The notes below the pieces were generated by a model. The model made no database searches, had not been told where the DNA came from, and saw only the letters and a program-made list of their open reading frames with translations. The position numbers and the translations under genes are program-made. A DNA stretch of 63,943 nucleotides, filler included, from Kipferlia bialata (Eukaryota), in the NCBI GenBank assembly GCA_003568945.1. It is 3 parts of 3 records of this genome, joined end to end, with 100 filler letters (N's around TTAATTAATTAA, not from the genome) between each part and the next. Parts side by side here need not be neighbours in the genome. Positions count along the whole stretch, not along the records: positions 1 to 25,833 come from BDIP01000207.1; 2 more parts are not named here. One strand, 5' to 3'. This document shows positions 1 to 14,860 of this stretch, one piece after another (position 1 is the first letter of the stretch; each line of letters opens with the position of its first letter).

Positions 1-87
<87 letters not shown>

Positions 88-88
88 G
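1..88. repeat. (GA)n and (TA)n microsatellites, representative of very many intronic runs in the window
   Basis: Directly visible. Similar runs occur at 6330-6372, 10306-10348, 14321-14384, 42861-42899 and 50300-50485. Confidence 0.95.
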
Positions 89-3000
89 CTGCCTTGAGCA
101 GGGACAGGAACACGCCTGGATGTTAATGTATATATACATAATATATATAGTTATATAATAAAATGTATATATATAATATACAGTATACAGAGTGACTTGT
201 ATATATAGATATATCTGGGTCTGCTGCTTTGAGCAGGGACAGGAACACGCCTATATGTTAGTAACACATACATATAGTAATAATGTACTGCGACATGAAT
301 AATGTATACATGTGCTAAATTACACAAGCATTCTTCGTACCGCATAGCATGGGTAATGCCCCATACTCTGATGACAGCCGGTGCAGCCTGCTGAAGTATC
401 TCACGTAGAGCTCCTTCAGGACACTGAAACACGCACTCTCCTGTGGATAAGTGATGTACTAGTATATAGTACATATAGTATCCAAATGCAAAGTACATGT
501 ATATACGTATATATACATACTGACGAAGGGCTCCTTCAGTCCACTGTAACGGGCTCTCATATGGGTTAGAGTTACAACCGCTATCTCTTTACAACTCTCT
601 CTATTTACAGAATACTAAGACTCCCCGTCCGCTCAGGCCCATAAATCATACATACACACTATGAATCCATATATACCTGTATATATATGTGCGTATATAT
701 GTGTGTCATACCTGTTCGTACAGGAAGCACAGAGGGGCACCATAGAGGGCAATGCCTGGGGTGAGATAGGAATATCAATCACCGCAAGTAGAGACACATA
801 CGTGAATGAGAATGTGTACGTGGTACCAATATCTATCAATACCTACGAAGAAAGAAGTACTATTTGGTCCCTTTGATGACGTTCATGGATGTATATGTGT
901 AAAATTAACATATGTATAAATATATATTATTAATATATATATGTATGTATATATAGTATGAGTAGAAGGCCGTACCCCTCAATGGCACTATGCCGCTCTC
1001 TGGGAATGGCTGCAGTATAGTATATCCATATACATATCATATATGTATAGATAATATGTATATATTCTATACTGTATATACCCTTGAATGGCACTATGCC
1101 ACTCTCTGGGTATGGCAGGAGACGCGTGGCCTTGAAGGTATCCCCCTCTCCATCTCCCTCTCCCTCTCCATCTCCCTCTCCGTCACTCTCTGGTCTCTCC
1201 TCCTGCTGCCTTGTCCTGGAATTAGGGGTGCAGAGAGAGAGAGAGAGAACAGTCAGAGTATGTACCTCTTCCTACATACACACACACACACATACATACA
1301 TATATGTAATATAACTATATGAATATGTATCATATGCACCCATACCCCATGGCCGTGGCTGACAGGACCCACGGGTGGTCAGACTGGTCGGGGTGGTCCC
1401 TGAGGATCAGAATATACTCTCTCTCTCTATATATATTATATGATATGATATATACACATGTATATCATGAATCAAGGTGGGGGTGGTCAGACTGGTCGGG
1501 GTGGTCCCTAATGATGTTAGAAAATAATAATAATACATATTCATATATATAAATATATCAGTATCATGTGGTCAGACTGGCCGGGGTGGTCCCTGATGAT
1601 GTTAGATAGATGTTAGATAGATGTTAGATAGGACACGCTATAGTTTATGTGTATATAATGAATGAATGCATACACACATATATAATAATATACATAGTCA
1701 GACTGGTCGGGGTGGTCCCTGATGATCAGAACACACTATATATAGAATATATAATATGACATGTAAATATGAATATATATATATGTAATGATCAGGATGG
1801 TCCCTATGGAGTTAGATAGCCTATGGAATATAAAGATACACAATATACACATTATGATTTCTCACATATTGTATCCAAAGAGAGTCAGAATGAGAATACA
1901 TAATGGTGACTATACATATAGTATATAGTGGTTCCCGACTAAGTGGTATATATATACAGTAGTTAAAAGAAAATCCATATACATATATAGAATTTCCATA
2001 TACATATAGCACCTGAGTGCCTTGAGCTGGTCACTCATCTGACAGGTATACAGGTATTAATACCCATACTCTATATATAGACCATTCATTTACAAAACCA
2101 ATATAAATATATGACATATAATACCGTTATTACCTCAGAGCCTTGAGCTGGTCACTCATCTGACATGTGTCAAGGGTCTCAGTCACAGACCTTGAATAAG
2201 GGTGTAGAGAGAGAGAGAGAGAGAGTAAGAGAATTTAAGGTCTCAGTAGAGGGAAGAACAGAGAGACACAGAGAGTAAATGAGCAGTAAATACAGAAGGA
2301 TATCGAAGGACATCCATCATACCTAGAGTGTCTCTCCCTGATCCTCTCTCTCTCTCAATACCCCCCCCCCCCACAGATATGTAAATATAATGCAGTACAA
2401 TATAACCTACCTGGAGTGTCTCTCCCTGATCCTGTCCCTGATGGTCTCATCCCTGAAGGTGAGGATATCATACACCTATGTACATGTATACATACATATC
2501 ACAAACGCATACAACTAGTATAGATATGTTCATGTCCCTGATGGTCTCATCCCTGGGGGTGAGGATATAGATACCTGAAATGAAATGTGTGTAGACATAT
2601 TTAGGTATTCACTAGTAAACAATCACGTGACCAGTGCACACATGATACCATCCAGAGATAGTTATGTAACACTATTCTTAGAGAAAGAACCACATACATA
2701 TGTACACACTTATGAAACATTAGATATACTTGTATATATACTTATATGATATAATAGTATACTTATAGTATCCTAATATATACACATACATGGTACCTGA
2801 CCAGTGCACATGATGCCGTCCATATATACAAGCATAACAGTGTATATATATAATATACTATACATAGTATAATTAATTAATATATATATATCTATATCAA
2901 TGTATGACCCACCTGACCAGAGCACACATGATGCCGTCCAGAGTGGTCTCAAACACAAAGTGGTGCTGGGAATAAGGGGTGTAGAGAGAGAGAGAGAAAT

Positions 3001-5862
3001 TGGTCTCAAATACAAAGTGGTGCTGGATATTAGGGGTGTAGAGAGAGAAGAGAGAGTGGTCTCAAACACAAAGTGGTGCTGGAATGAGGGGAGTAGAGAG
3101 AGAGAGAAGTTGTAACGAACCCAGTATCAGTATATAATACATATATATATAGAGAGAGAGAAAGAGAGACAGAGAGACAAGGAGAGAGGGAGAGAGGGAG
3201 AGAGAGAGGGTCTGTACATACCTCGTCCAGACAGCTGAGTCTGACGTCCATCCTGACAAGCACATCCACTGGGGGTGAGAGAATGGAGTATATATATAAT
3301 CATGAAAAGAATGTATACATGATCTCTTGTCCATCCTGACAAGCACATCCACTGGGGGTGAGGGCATAGGATAGAGCACAATAATAAAACCATTACAAAA
3401 TATGTACTTTATCACATGCCAGTAGTGCAGAATATACACACATACATATAGGATTAACACCTAACACACGTCTTCTTTAAACACAACACCCTTCTATATC
3501 TTACACTTGCTCATTTGCAGTACAAAACTGTTCACTCACCTAGCCCTGGCTGGTTGGCAATCTTGTCTGTCAGGCCCTGCCAGTGCTTCTCAGACGCAGC
3601 GGACTGGGAGACGCCTGTATGGTAAGGTATATACGTAGGAGAGAGAGAGAGAAAGAGACAGAGAGGATATGGAGGGAGGAAGAGAAAGAAATGCCACATA
3701 TACACACACTCCCCACGAGTCCTTGAAACACACAAATAGATTAATGAAACACATGTGCTTACTTATACACTCATTTCATTAAATAACTAAAGCTAAAATT
3801 ACGCTACATACATATAAACTAACCCAGTATGAGCCCCCAGACCCTTGGCATACACTACAACTAGTATGTACTCAAAGTATATCCTTACATACTCATACAT
3901 ACATATATAGATACACTAAATATACTATATATACTATATATATATACCCACCCAGTATGAGCCCCCACACCCTTGGTCTGAGAGATGATGGGATGCCCCT
4001 CTTGGCGGCATCGAGCAGGGCAGACAGGGAGGGCCTAGGGTAAGGCATAGATATATATCATAGGAGTCATATATATATAGAGAGAGAGGGAGAATATATA
4101 TATATACAATCTATATACATGATGGGATGCCCCTCTTGGCGGCATCGAGGAGNNNNNNNNNCAATCTATATACATGATGGGATGCCCCTCTTGGCGGCAT
4201 CGAGGAGGGCAGACAGGGAGGGTCTAGGGTTAGATATATATATATATATATATACATATTATATAGGAGTCATATATATAAAAATGAGGAGAGAAGGAGA
4301 GTATTGGCAGCATCGAGGAGGGCAGACAGGGAGGGTCTAGGTTTAAGTGGCAACACTGCAAGTAGACAGACATAGTTAGATATTGATAGATACAGTAGGA
4401 ACACACCAAGAAGATGACGCCACCAACCGCACACACACCTATGTATATATATATATCAATATACACACATAGAGAGAGAGAAAAAGACCTGAGACAGATA
4501 CAAAGACCTAGACGAATATATATAATTGTTGTCTTTAGCACCATAGAGAGAGAGAGAGAGAGAAAGTACCTGGACGACGATGCCACCAGTCTCCGTGTCT
4601 GTCTGAATATACATATATATATATACGTATACATTGTATACACATGAACTAATATAGTACATATACAGTATATATATATATATATATATATGTATATGTA
4701 CTTAGTACCTAGAGGATGATGCCACCAGCCGCCGTGTCTGTCGGAAGCTCTTCTCAGAGAACCATCCCAGCACAGTGTCATCAAGACCGACCTAGAGAGG
4801 TTAGGAATAGTCAACGAGAGTCTCTTATAGTCAATAAACAGACTAGAGAGGTCAGCAATAGTCAACGAGAGTCTCTTATAGTCAATTCATAGAGCATGAG
4901 AGCACCTAGCGCACATAAGTATGTCAGAATGAATACCCACTCATACATGTCAACCCATATAAATACCCATACCTGTCTGGAGTCTGGGCTGAGCTCCTTG
5001 AATACTATATAATGATATATGTATATATACATTAAAAATAAATATGGATATATGATTGTAATCCTATCATACATATGTCTGCTAGCGTACATATAATACC
5101 AGAGGTATATATACCTGTCTGGAGTCTGGGCTGAGTTCCTTGAACTCTCATTTATATTTGCATATCTACTATTCATATAGACACATGTAGTCTATTGTGA
5201 TTATATATACTAATATATATATATACATATATATATCACTGTGCCATTACCTGTCTGGAGTCTGGGCTGAGCTCCTTGAACCTGGTCACCAGGAAGGAGG
5301 GGTCCACGCACTGGTATAAGAGTGTATAAACAATATATACAATATATACATATATAATACAATGTAGTATATCTACATATGATTGTCTGGTCACCAGGAA
5401 GGAGGGGTCCACACACTGAGGAGTGAGACATGTATGGCACTTTGTATTAAATATACATATATATATATATAGTACATTGTAGTATATCTACATATGATTG
5501 TCTGGTCACCAGGAAGGAGGGGTTCACGCACTGGTGTGAGTATGATATATAGCGGGATCGAAATACTGAGGAGATATAGACATTTACCGAGCCTCATTCC
5601 AAAATTCTATAGAACTGTGCACATGAATATATATGAATATATATGAATATATATGAATATATATGAATATAGAACTGTGCACATGAATATATATTAACAC
5701 AATGAATACATATACACTCACGTGAGGTGGGACCCAGAGCTGCAAGGTGTATGATGTATATAAATATATCTCTCCCAAGAAAAATATAACTTCAGATGAT
5801 GAATATATATACAATACTCACGTGAGGTGGCACCCAGAGCTCCAGGGGAGAGGGTTTACTCC

Positions 5863-5893
<31 letters not shown>

Positions 5894-6323
5894 CAATACT
5901 CACTATATACTCATATATATATATATATATACACTCACGTGAGGTGGCACCCAGAGCTCCAAGGGAGAGGGTATACTCCCTCTCTCTCTATATATGTATA
6001 TATATACAATACTCACTATATATACATACATATACATATATACATATCTGCACATACATGTGGTGGCACCCAGAGCTCCAAGGGGGAGGGTGTGTCAACG
6101 CATGGTACCCTGGGGGTGAGACAACATAGAGAGAGAGAGAGAGACAGAGAATGGGAACATCAACTGTGGGCCCGACCTGTCGGGCCTAACTAATCACACA
6201 TATTATATACCCTATACAACTATATTTACAAATATACCTGACTGTGGGGTCTGACCCAGGTGCATATGCAGTGGGAGGGGTCACATGCCGCAGGAGACGC
6301 CTGGTATGAATATACATATATAT

Positions 6324-6375
<52 letters not shown>

Positions 6376-7544
6376 CATATGCAGTGGGAGGTGTCACGTG
6401 TCTAAGGAGACGCCTGGGGTAAGATATGTACATTGATGTTAAACTCCATGAATGTATGGATTGCTATACATGTATATTACCCTACCTCAGGTCCTCACAG
6501 TCATACACAAAGGTCTCGGTGATGCCCTCGCCTGGGGTTGGTATCTATCAATATATATATATATATATGTATATACACACATATATACATATATACACTC
6601 ATATATATAAATACATAAACTAATAAGAATACTAATATATTTAGGGTCTCAGTGATGCCCTCTGGGGTTGGCATGGTTAAAAACTATATCTATGACTGTC
6701 AATACAATCTGAATGGTGCTACATTAGAATACATTCGAGCATGTCCGTACATCTACCTATATATATATACAAATATGTAATATATATCAATATATAGTGT
6801 ATTTCATATATTACACTATATGTATATCAATATATAATACTACCTTCGAGCATGTCCCTCTGGAAGTCCTCTGGGATACAACATCAATCTATGACCCCAT
6901 AATAAATGTATTACCTTCGAGCATGTCCCTCTGGAAGTCCTCTGGGGTACCCACCAGGGGCAGGCCCAGCTGTCTCTTGACACGGTCCAGACGCTTACTA
7001 AAGGATTAGTACGGTCCAGACGCTTGCCTAGATATATTTATATATACTACATTAATATTTAGGCCCAGCTGTCTCTTGACACAGTCCACACGCTTACTAG
7101 AGGGTTAATAATAGTAGTATTATTATATACATACATACATCTGCTCACCTGATGTGTGACACATACTGACTGTGCACATCAACAAGGGCAGGGGGGCCTG
7201 AGATTAGATAAGTATAATATGTGTATATAAATGAAGTATGTATATGCCTATACACATACATATTCATTAATATATGAATACATAGAATTATATATATGCT
7301 GACTGTGCACCTCGACAAGGGCAGGGGGGCCTGATTGTAAGAGAAACATAGTATATATACATCAAGAGTGTATGTATATGTCTATACATTTATATGCTGA
7401 CTGTGCACCTCAACAAGGGGGGCCTGGTATGAGATACGACCGTATTACACAATGGAGCGTATGCGCACAAATAGTCAGATACGTGGACTAGTGATACACG
7501 AAATCTCCAGTATATGTGTCACTCTATCTCTCTCACTCATATAC

Positions 7545-7586
<42 letters not shown>

Positions 7587-8955
7587 TATCTCCCATACCT
7601 AGGTGTGGTGGATGTGGGAAGAAGTCGGCCAGCTCCTGGGGGTCAGAGATCCAATACATATGTACAATATGTATGCAGTGATAGAGAGAGAGAGAGAGAG
7701 AGAGAGATAGTGATTCATGGGGGTCAGAGGCACAAGAGTATACAGCAATGTACACGATCTACGTCTATATGTATAATACACACTACATCTAGTATATACA
7801 CTCCTATACCTCCGGCACAGCCAATTGTTTCCTGAGTGATGGGCACTTGTCAGCCACACCCAGCTGGACATCGGTGGTAAATAGACTAGGGGTTAGGGTA
7901 TACTCTATTCCAATGTTAAACAAATAGGGAAGGGGAAAGCTTGAGTTCGCAATTCTATCTCGTATCTGGTACCTTGTATTAAACAATTATTCTTTCACAA
8001 AAAGAAATCTTGTCCCTATACTATACACATCCATACCCTGGCAGGTTGACCTGTGCCACCAGACTGGGCAACCGTCTCTTGACAGTGAAGACCTACTTGT
8101 TAGAACTTTAACACATATATATTAGCTAATACAGATATGCAAGCATATATAAACACTGAGACACACATTCAACAGCCGTCTCTTGACGGTGAAGACCTAT
8201 CAGTTAGTTACATATATATATATAGGGAGAACAATCCTATCTATATACATGGTTCAATATAAATGTATAAGTCATCGGAGTAGGTCCTCATTTGACGGTA
8301 AAGACCTGATAGTGAGTATGTATATACAAAGAAACAGAGAGAAGGATTGAGAGATAGACAAGTAGCACAAAGAGACAGAACAATGGAGAGAGAGCAATCG
8401 CTACCGTCTCTTGACAGTGAAGACCTATTTGCCAGTATCATAACACAGATATATATACACATTTATAAGGGGACCTATCAGTTAGCATAGTAACACAGAT
8501 TACTGTATAGATATACAAGGGGAGAGATACTTTTGTGAGTCTCTTGACGGTGAAGACATATTATTCAGTATGTATAGGATAACCAAAATAGTGACATACC
8601 AAATAGTATATATGACGGGCTATGAAATATCAAGACACATTGAAACAGGAGAGGGCTTGTGTGTGTATGTGTCTTGTATGTGTGTGTGAGAGAGAGTGTG
8701 TGAGATAGGGAGATGTTGGTTGTGGGAGAGAGACAGATGAGTGAGAGGGAGAGAGAGATGGGACAACTGACAAGGTAGCCTGGCATACCTTCTGGTTCTG
8801 GCTCTGGACCTCGTCCTGGGGGTGAGAGGACATAGGGGTAGATAGGTATACATGTGTATGTATATATGTACAGAGAGAGAGACACTAGGGTTATTAAGAC
8901 GAAGGTTCTGGCTCTGGACCTCGTCCTGGGGGTGAGAGGAATATGAATACATTTG

Positions 8956-9005
<50 letters not shown>

Positions 9006-9389
9006 ACACATATATGTATTTACCTGGACCTCGTCCTGGGGGTGAGAGGATATAGGGGTAGATAGGTATCCATATATATATGCGGAGAGGGATAGAGAGA
9101 GAGAGAGACACTAGGGGTATGAAGAAGCTTCTGGCTCTGGACCTCGTCCTGGGGGTGAGAAGAATATATAGAAATGAGAGAGAGAGAGAATATAAACAAA
9201 AGCCTTTGGGTAGGGGAGAGAGAGACTAATAGATAAAGGCTGGGGGTGAGACTGGACAGGAAAGGTTGTATTCCCGAACCCCGAGTAATCACCACAAGCT
9301 CATATATAGGATATGTACATATACTATATACCTTGAGACTGGCCCTTATGGCCCAAAGGGTCCTGAACTCCCCGGCCTCATAGTAGTTG

Positions 9390-9394
<5 letters not shown>
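88..9394 (-). CDS. TBC1D19: TBC1D19-like Rab-GAP (TBC domain) protein, multi-exon, 3' end runs off the window
   Basis: ATG at 9394 (MDNYYEAGEFRTLWAIRASLK|gt). Hand-spliced exons give AAKRGIPSSLRPRVWGLIL (TBC GIPxxLRxxVW motif, ~3955-4035), VDVLVRMDVRLSCLDE, QHHFVFETTLDGIMCALV, YPESGIVPFKG (~1082-1115), IALYGAPLCFLYEQ (~711-755) and RVFSVLKELYVRYFSRLHRLSSE (~367-440). These follow the remembered TBC1D19 motifs (YFVFED, YPPSGVIPFHG, APLCFLY, MYVRFFFRLH) in order. Confidence 0.85.
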
Positions 9395-9431
<37 letters not shown>

Positions 9432-9864
9432 AGCTCTCAGTAAGCTCTCAGTGAGCTCTCAGAAACGCAGTTTCCCTGGCTCTCTCTCTCTCTCTGTATC
9501 ACAAAGTCTCTGAAGCAGTCAGTCTCTCTCTCCCTCTCTCTCTCTCTACTCCCTTGCCCTTCTGCCGCCCCGACCCAACCACGATACTAATACACTACAC
9601 TAAACTCTCACCACTCTCCAATGGGCCCGATACTCCACTTCTCGCCCGTTACTGTTAAGACAAGGGATAATAGAGGTAAGCGGAGGGATCACTCAAACAA
9701 GCGTTTCAGCCGTACGTTACTGAATCAAGCATTCAAAGGGTGTAGACATCCTACTCTGCTTGTCGATCCAGTGCTCTCTACTCAGTGCTCTCTACTCAGT
9801 GCTATCTACAAAAGAGCCAGTATAGAGGGAGAGGGAGACTGGGTTACAGAGAGGACAGGAACAT
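9395..9864. promoter_or_regulatory. Short divergent (head-to-head) intergenic region, putative bidirectional promoter
   Basis: About 470 bp lie between the minus-strand ATG at 9394 and a plus-strand ATG at 9865. No specific promoter motif was identified. Confidence 0.4.
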
Positions 9865-9943
9865 ATGGAGTCCCAGATCCAGGTATGAGCAAGTATATGC
9901 TGTAGCACCCTTGTAATAAGAGTATATATGCATGTCATTGCAG

Positions 9944-9982
<39 letters not shown>

Positions 9983-10303
9983 CACACACATGCAATGCTA
10001 GTAATGTGAGGGACCATACTACGTTGTTGTGTTCCTGTACACTCCACTCTCCTCTCTCCGTTTGGTATATTGTCTCTCATAATTGTTACCTGGTGACACC
10101 CCAGCATAGATCTCTCTTCATCTCTCTCTCTCTCTCTCTCTTAGGTGAAGGAGATCCCCGTATATGACCTTGCCTCCCCCGATGTGGCTGGTTCTCTCTC
10201 TCTCTTCATCTCTCTCTGTCCCTCTCTCCTACTTTCTATGTCTCACAGCTCTTTTCCTCTGTTAGGTCTCTCTCTCCCTCTCTTTCTGTCTTTTTCTCTT
10301 TCC

Positions 10304-10350
<47 letters not shown>

Positions 10351-11073
10351 CCTCTCTGCACCCTTACTCCTAGGTTCTGAGTGTTCTCCACCTGTGTCCC
10401 TCGCATGACACAGGGGATGGGAGGGAAAGGGAGAGGGAGAGAGAGAGGGAGAGAGAGAGACTGGTCAGTGGGGATGACAACACATTGGTCCACACGAATG
10501 GGGAAGGTACTTCTATTCGTGAATAATAATTGTAATATTATAGTGTGTTTATCTCCTTATCCACATGTGTTGAGACTCGTGTCCCCCACTCTCTAGTTAA
10601 TATCATATATATAAGTCCTATTCCCCAATATAGTATCCTCAATACCCAGGTATAGAGACCCGTGTCCCCCACTCCTTCTTCGAGCAATTCACGTTTAGTC
10701 ACTATTACTACGAGACATATGCATAAGATATATCATACCTGACATATAGGTACAGTGACCCGTGTCCCCCACTCCTTCTTCGAGGTTGTGACAGACCCTG
10801 AGGGTGACAGAGATGGGGATAGGGAGAGAGAGAGAGGGAGAGAGAGAGACAGACATGGGTCCAGGGCAGTGCTTGCGTCGAGTCCAGACTCACTCACAAT
10901 GCAGGTATGGGGTATGCTCATATCTCCTGTAGAGGGTGCCTAGGATTGTTCTCTCCGTCTCAATGCTACTTCCTTTACTCCTCAGATTACTGTCATTCCC
11001 GAACCATCTCTCAATTAAGCTACATATGTTATATAGTTGCAGATACTCATGTCAGAGTGCCGTCATTGCCCAG

Positions 11074-11104
<31 letters not shown>

Positions 11105-13843
11105 GTCTCTCTCTCTCTCTCATCCCTGGCTAACCCCCCAGAGTGCCGTCATTGCCCAGCTGATGCTGACCAGTACACAGCAGACAAAGAGAAGGTATAC
11201 ATATATATACATTGAATATGATTAATATGTACAAAATCATGTACATATATATATATAGTGTGTATTACTATATATGTGTGTGTGTGTGTATTATATATAG
11301 TATATATAGTATTTGATGCTGACCAGTACACAGCAGACAAAGAGAAGGTATGGGTATATAGTATATATATGCCTGTATCTAATGACATAAGGACGCGGCA
11401 GTCAAGGAGGAGGTATATACATATATCTATGACAGAGTATATTTTACTATTCAAATACTTTTACATCCCCGTCCTCAGAGACTATATATATATATATATA
11501 TATATGTAGATGAGAACGCATATATATATATATATCATTAATTCTAATATCTTCTGATACCAGCCACATTCCAGTCATCTGCCAGTTGGCCATAATACAT
11601 ACATACATACACCTATATATGTATTATATACTGTATGCTGTAGTAGTATGTATACATACAAATACTGTTCTCATACCAGTCACATCCCCGTCCTCTGCCA
11701 GTTGGCCAGAGAGGCCAAGGGGGACCAGGGGTCACTACCTATGGAGAGGTATTATGTACTATGTATACATATTGTGTACTATAATGTATATCATAGTTGT
11801 TAAATGTATGGACATCCACCGTATTCAGCCCACCTTGACAGCGCAAGGTGTATATGCATGTATATATATATGTATATATATATATATATATATTTAAGAG
11901 TATCTGCACATATGTGTGTATATGTAGATACTTTGTATTCTGATAACCACCCAACACCCTAGGCAACCCCTGTCCCACCTTGACAGGGCCAGGTGCATCG
12001 GGTGGATGTTTGGGGACATGTCCACACAGTCAGGGTATGGCTATATGTATATTATATATCTATCTGCATGTATAAATATGTATGTATGTATTGAGGGAGA
12101 GAGTAGTAGTAGTAGTAGGTATCGACTCTATGTTTGGGGACATGTCGACACAGTCAGGGTATGGAGCTATGTATGTATTCTGTATATATATGTATATAGT
12201 GAGGGCATCACATAGAACACCGCATAATTGTGTAGGAGTGTATCAGTATCAGTAGATACATTTTTCTCTTTACATATGTCTGTATATAGATTATATATAG
12301 TAGTATTGAGACGGCAGTTATTTATATGTATTTTGTGCAATATTACTAATATCCAGGTGTGGCTTCCTGCCCCGTGTTGCCAAGGCAATTAGTGTATATG
12401 TACATGTATATACATATGCCAATGTAGATCCGATGTATCATACCATTTGTATACTCAGAGTCTAGGTGTGGCTTCCTGCCTCGTGTTGCCAAGGCACTGC
12501 TACAGCTGGTATCAGAGACACAGGTATGGATGGATATATAACATGAAAGAGAGAGAGAGAGAGAGATCCTAGGTGTCAGAGACACAGGTGTGGAGACGTG
12601 GATTGATATACAGAGAGATCCACATACTGCTTGTGTGTCATTATATGCAATCTGTCCAGCTCCCATCTGTCAGGACATATACATAAATATATATACATAT
12701 GTACATATATACATACATATATATATTTGACACTGATGTCAGGACAGCAATGCCCGAGACTTCATCCACATATATATGGAATATTAATGAATAGTACATT
12801 TATACATAAATAGTGTATGAATAGAACTGAATACATACATGTGAGCTGTATACTCATTGTCAGGACAGCAATGCCCGAGACTTCATCCACATATCAGCCA
12901 TGGAGCACACAACGACAGGTATGGTTATGTAGTGTATGAGCTGAGCATTTCCCCCTATCCCTATAACATTACTGTATATGTAAATTTCATTCTATACCAA
13001 CAGTTTGTGTAAGTGCTGAACCCAGGCGTTAGGGATGTGCTGAGCATTGCCCCCTCCCCCTCCATCAGCACAGTGGCCATGGATGAGTTACAACATAGGT
13101 GGATATGGTATATATGGTATACATATGTATGCTAGTATAGGTAGTGTATGTATACCTAGTATACTACGTCCCCATCCATCAGCACAGTGGGCATGGATGA
13201 ACTGCAGCACAGGTATATAGTGTATATATACGTATATGAATATTAGGAGATGTGATGCAGCATAGGTACCATGCCTATTATATACATGTATTAGTGTTGT
13301 GTGTATAGTAATTATACTAATATTATACTAATTATACTGTACATACATACCCATCAGCACAGTGGGCATGGAGGAACTGCAGCACAGGTATGTAAGATAG
13401 TATAGGTAGTATGTATATAGATTGATAGACACATGCATGTGTAAATGCATATACCCCTCTATCTATCTATCAGCACAGTGGTCAGTGATGAGTTACAGCA
13501 CAGGTAATGTATTCTGTGAGCAAACAGAGAGTATATTTTTCATTTCATATTTATGTCTATACTCTGTCTAAGTCTGTCCGTACTGAGAGTGAGGGCATTA
13601 CATATTATAGTAATGCAATAACTATATCGAAGTACACTCAAGTATATAGTGAATAGAAATGAATATATATGTGTGTGTTCTCTTATCTGAAGGTCTGTCC
13701 GCACTGAGAGTGTGGTATATACACACATATATATATATATATGTAGCACTACTAACCTATAGGTCTGTCCGCACTGAGAGTGAGGCCATTGTGACACTCA
13801 AGTTCCTGGCACAGACACTGGCAGTCACCTGCCACGCTGCTAG
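9865..13843 (+). CDS. Multi-exon coding region resembling a degenerate N-terminal half of a kinesin motor domain (no intact P-loop); may continue in frame into the nitroreductase
   Basis: Exons: MESQIQ/VKEIPVYDLASPD/VLSVLHLCP...LVSGDDNTLVHTNGE/GTVTRVPHSFFEVV.../...ARCIGWMFGDMSTQS/GCGFLPRVAKALLQLVSETQ/DSNARDFIHISAMEHTTT/GVRDVLS...MDELQHR/SVRTESEAIVTLKFLAQTLAVTCHAAR. Phases are consistent from 10374 onward; the exon-2 donor is uncertain. The coding status is well supported, while the kinesin resemblance is by eye. Confidence 0.6.
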
Positions 13844-14318
13844 GTGTGTATCATGCAAAATAATGAGGACTTATGCACTTATTGAATATATATAAGTATA
13901 GTATACTTTACTGGCACAGACACTGGCAGTGACATGCCATGCCACAAGGTATATACCGTAGAGTATATATAGTATAATATGGATATGAGATACTAATTTA
14001 GTAGTGTAGTAGTGTATGTATTAGTAGTAGCAGCGCTATGCTGTGTTTCATTATATACACTACTGACACAGACACTGGCAGTGACATACCATGCCACTAG
14101 GAATGGGTGTATATGATGTATACAGACATAGTGTGTGTGTATGTAGTATGTATTGTAGTATAATATGTTTTATAGCATCGGCACAGACACTGGCGGTGAC
14201 ATGCCATGCCACAAGGTATATCACAGTAGTAAGTATACATATATATATATGAATGTGTGTGTACCCTCTACACCCATAATATCAGCTGCATAGAGGTCCA
14301 CCTGGGTCACCAGTGTCA

Positions 14319-14372
<54 letters not shown>

Positions 14373-14601
14373 ATCTCTCTCTCTGTATATATATGTACCA
14401 TCCAGGACGTGGGCAGGACTAGGTCAGTGATACACACACATACACACACTCTCCCTCTGTATATGTGTACATTCCATACTGACACAGGGTCAGTGATATA
14501 TTAATATGCTCTCTCCCTCTCTTTCTCCTCATATGTATATTAATGTGTTATTGTATCAATTTTATGAAATATATTTATGTACATATTTCCACTGACCCCA
14601 G

Positions 14602-14820
14602 GTCCTGTGCCACAGCAGAGGAGGTCGACGCCGTCAAGGTACAGTTGCCCCCCTCCCCTTCCAACACACACATTCTTCCGCCTTCCCATTTTCTCTCACA
14701 CCCTACCCCCATGTTCCCTCTGTCAACCGACATTTCTCTCTCTCATTTATAACCTCACTATCTCTCTTTCTCTGTCTCTTATTGCCTCAGGCCACTGCCC
14801 CTGCCATGACTGTGACTGTG

Positions 14821-14860
<40 letters not shown>

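Noticed and set aside
11963..12033. LDRARCIGW as a ferredoxin (CxxCxxCxxxCP) motif upstream of the nitroreductase
   Set aside because: Only one Cys is present in the phase-consistent frame, so there is no 4Fe-4S signature.
13061..13948. Simple AG|GT tandem-duplication intron gain as the explanation for these particular echoes
   Set aside because: The shared overlaps contain AGT, not AGGT. Splicing from the GT of one copy to the AG of the next would shift the frame by one base.
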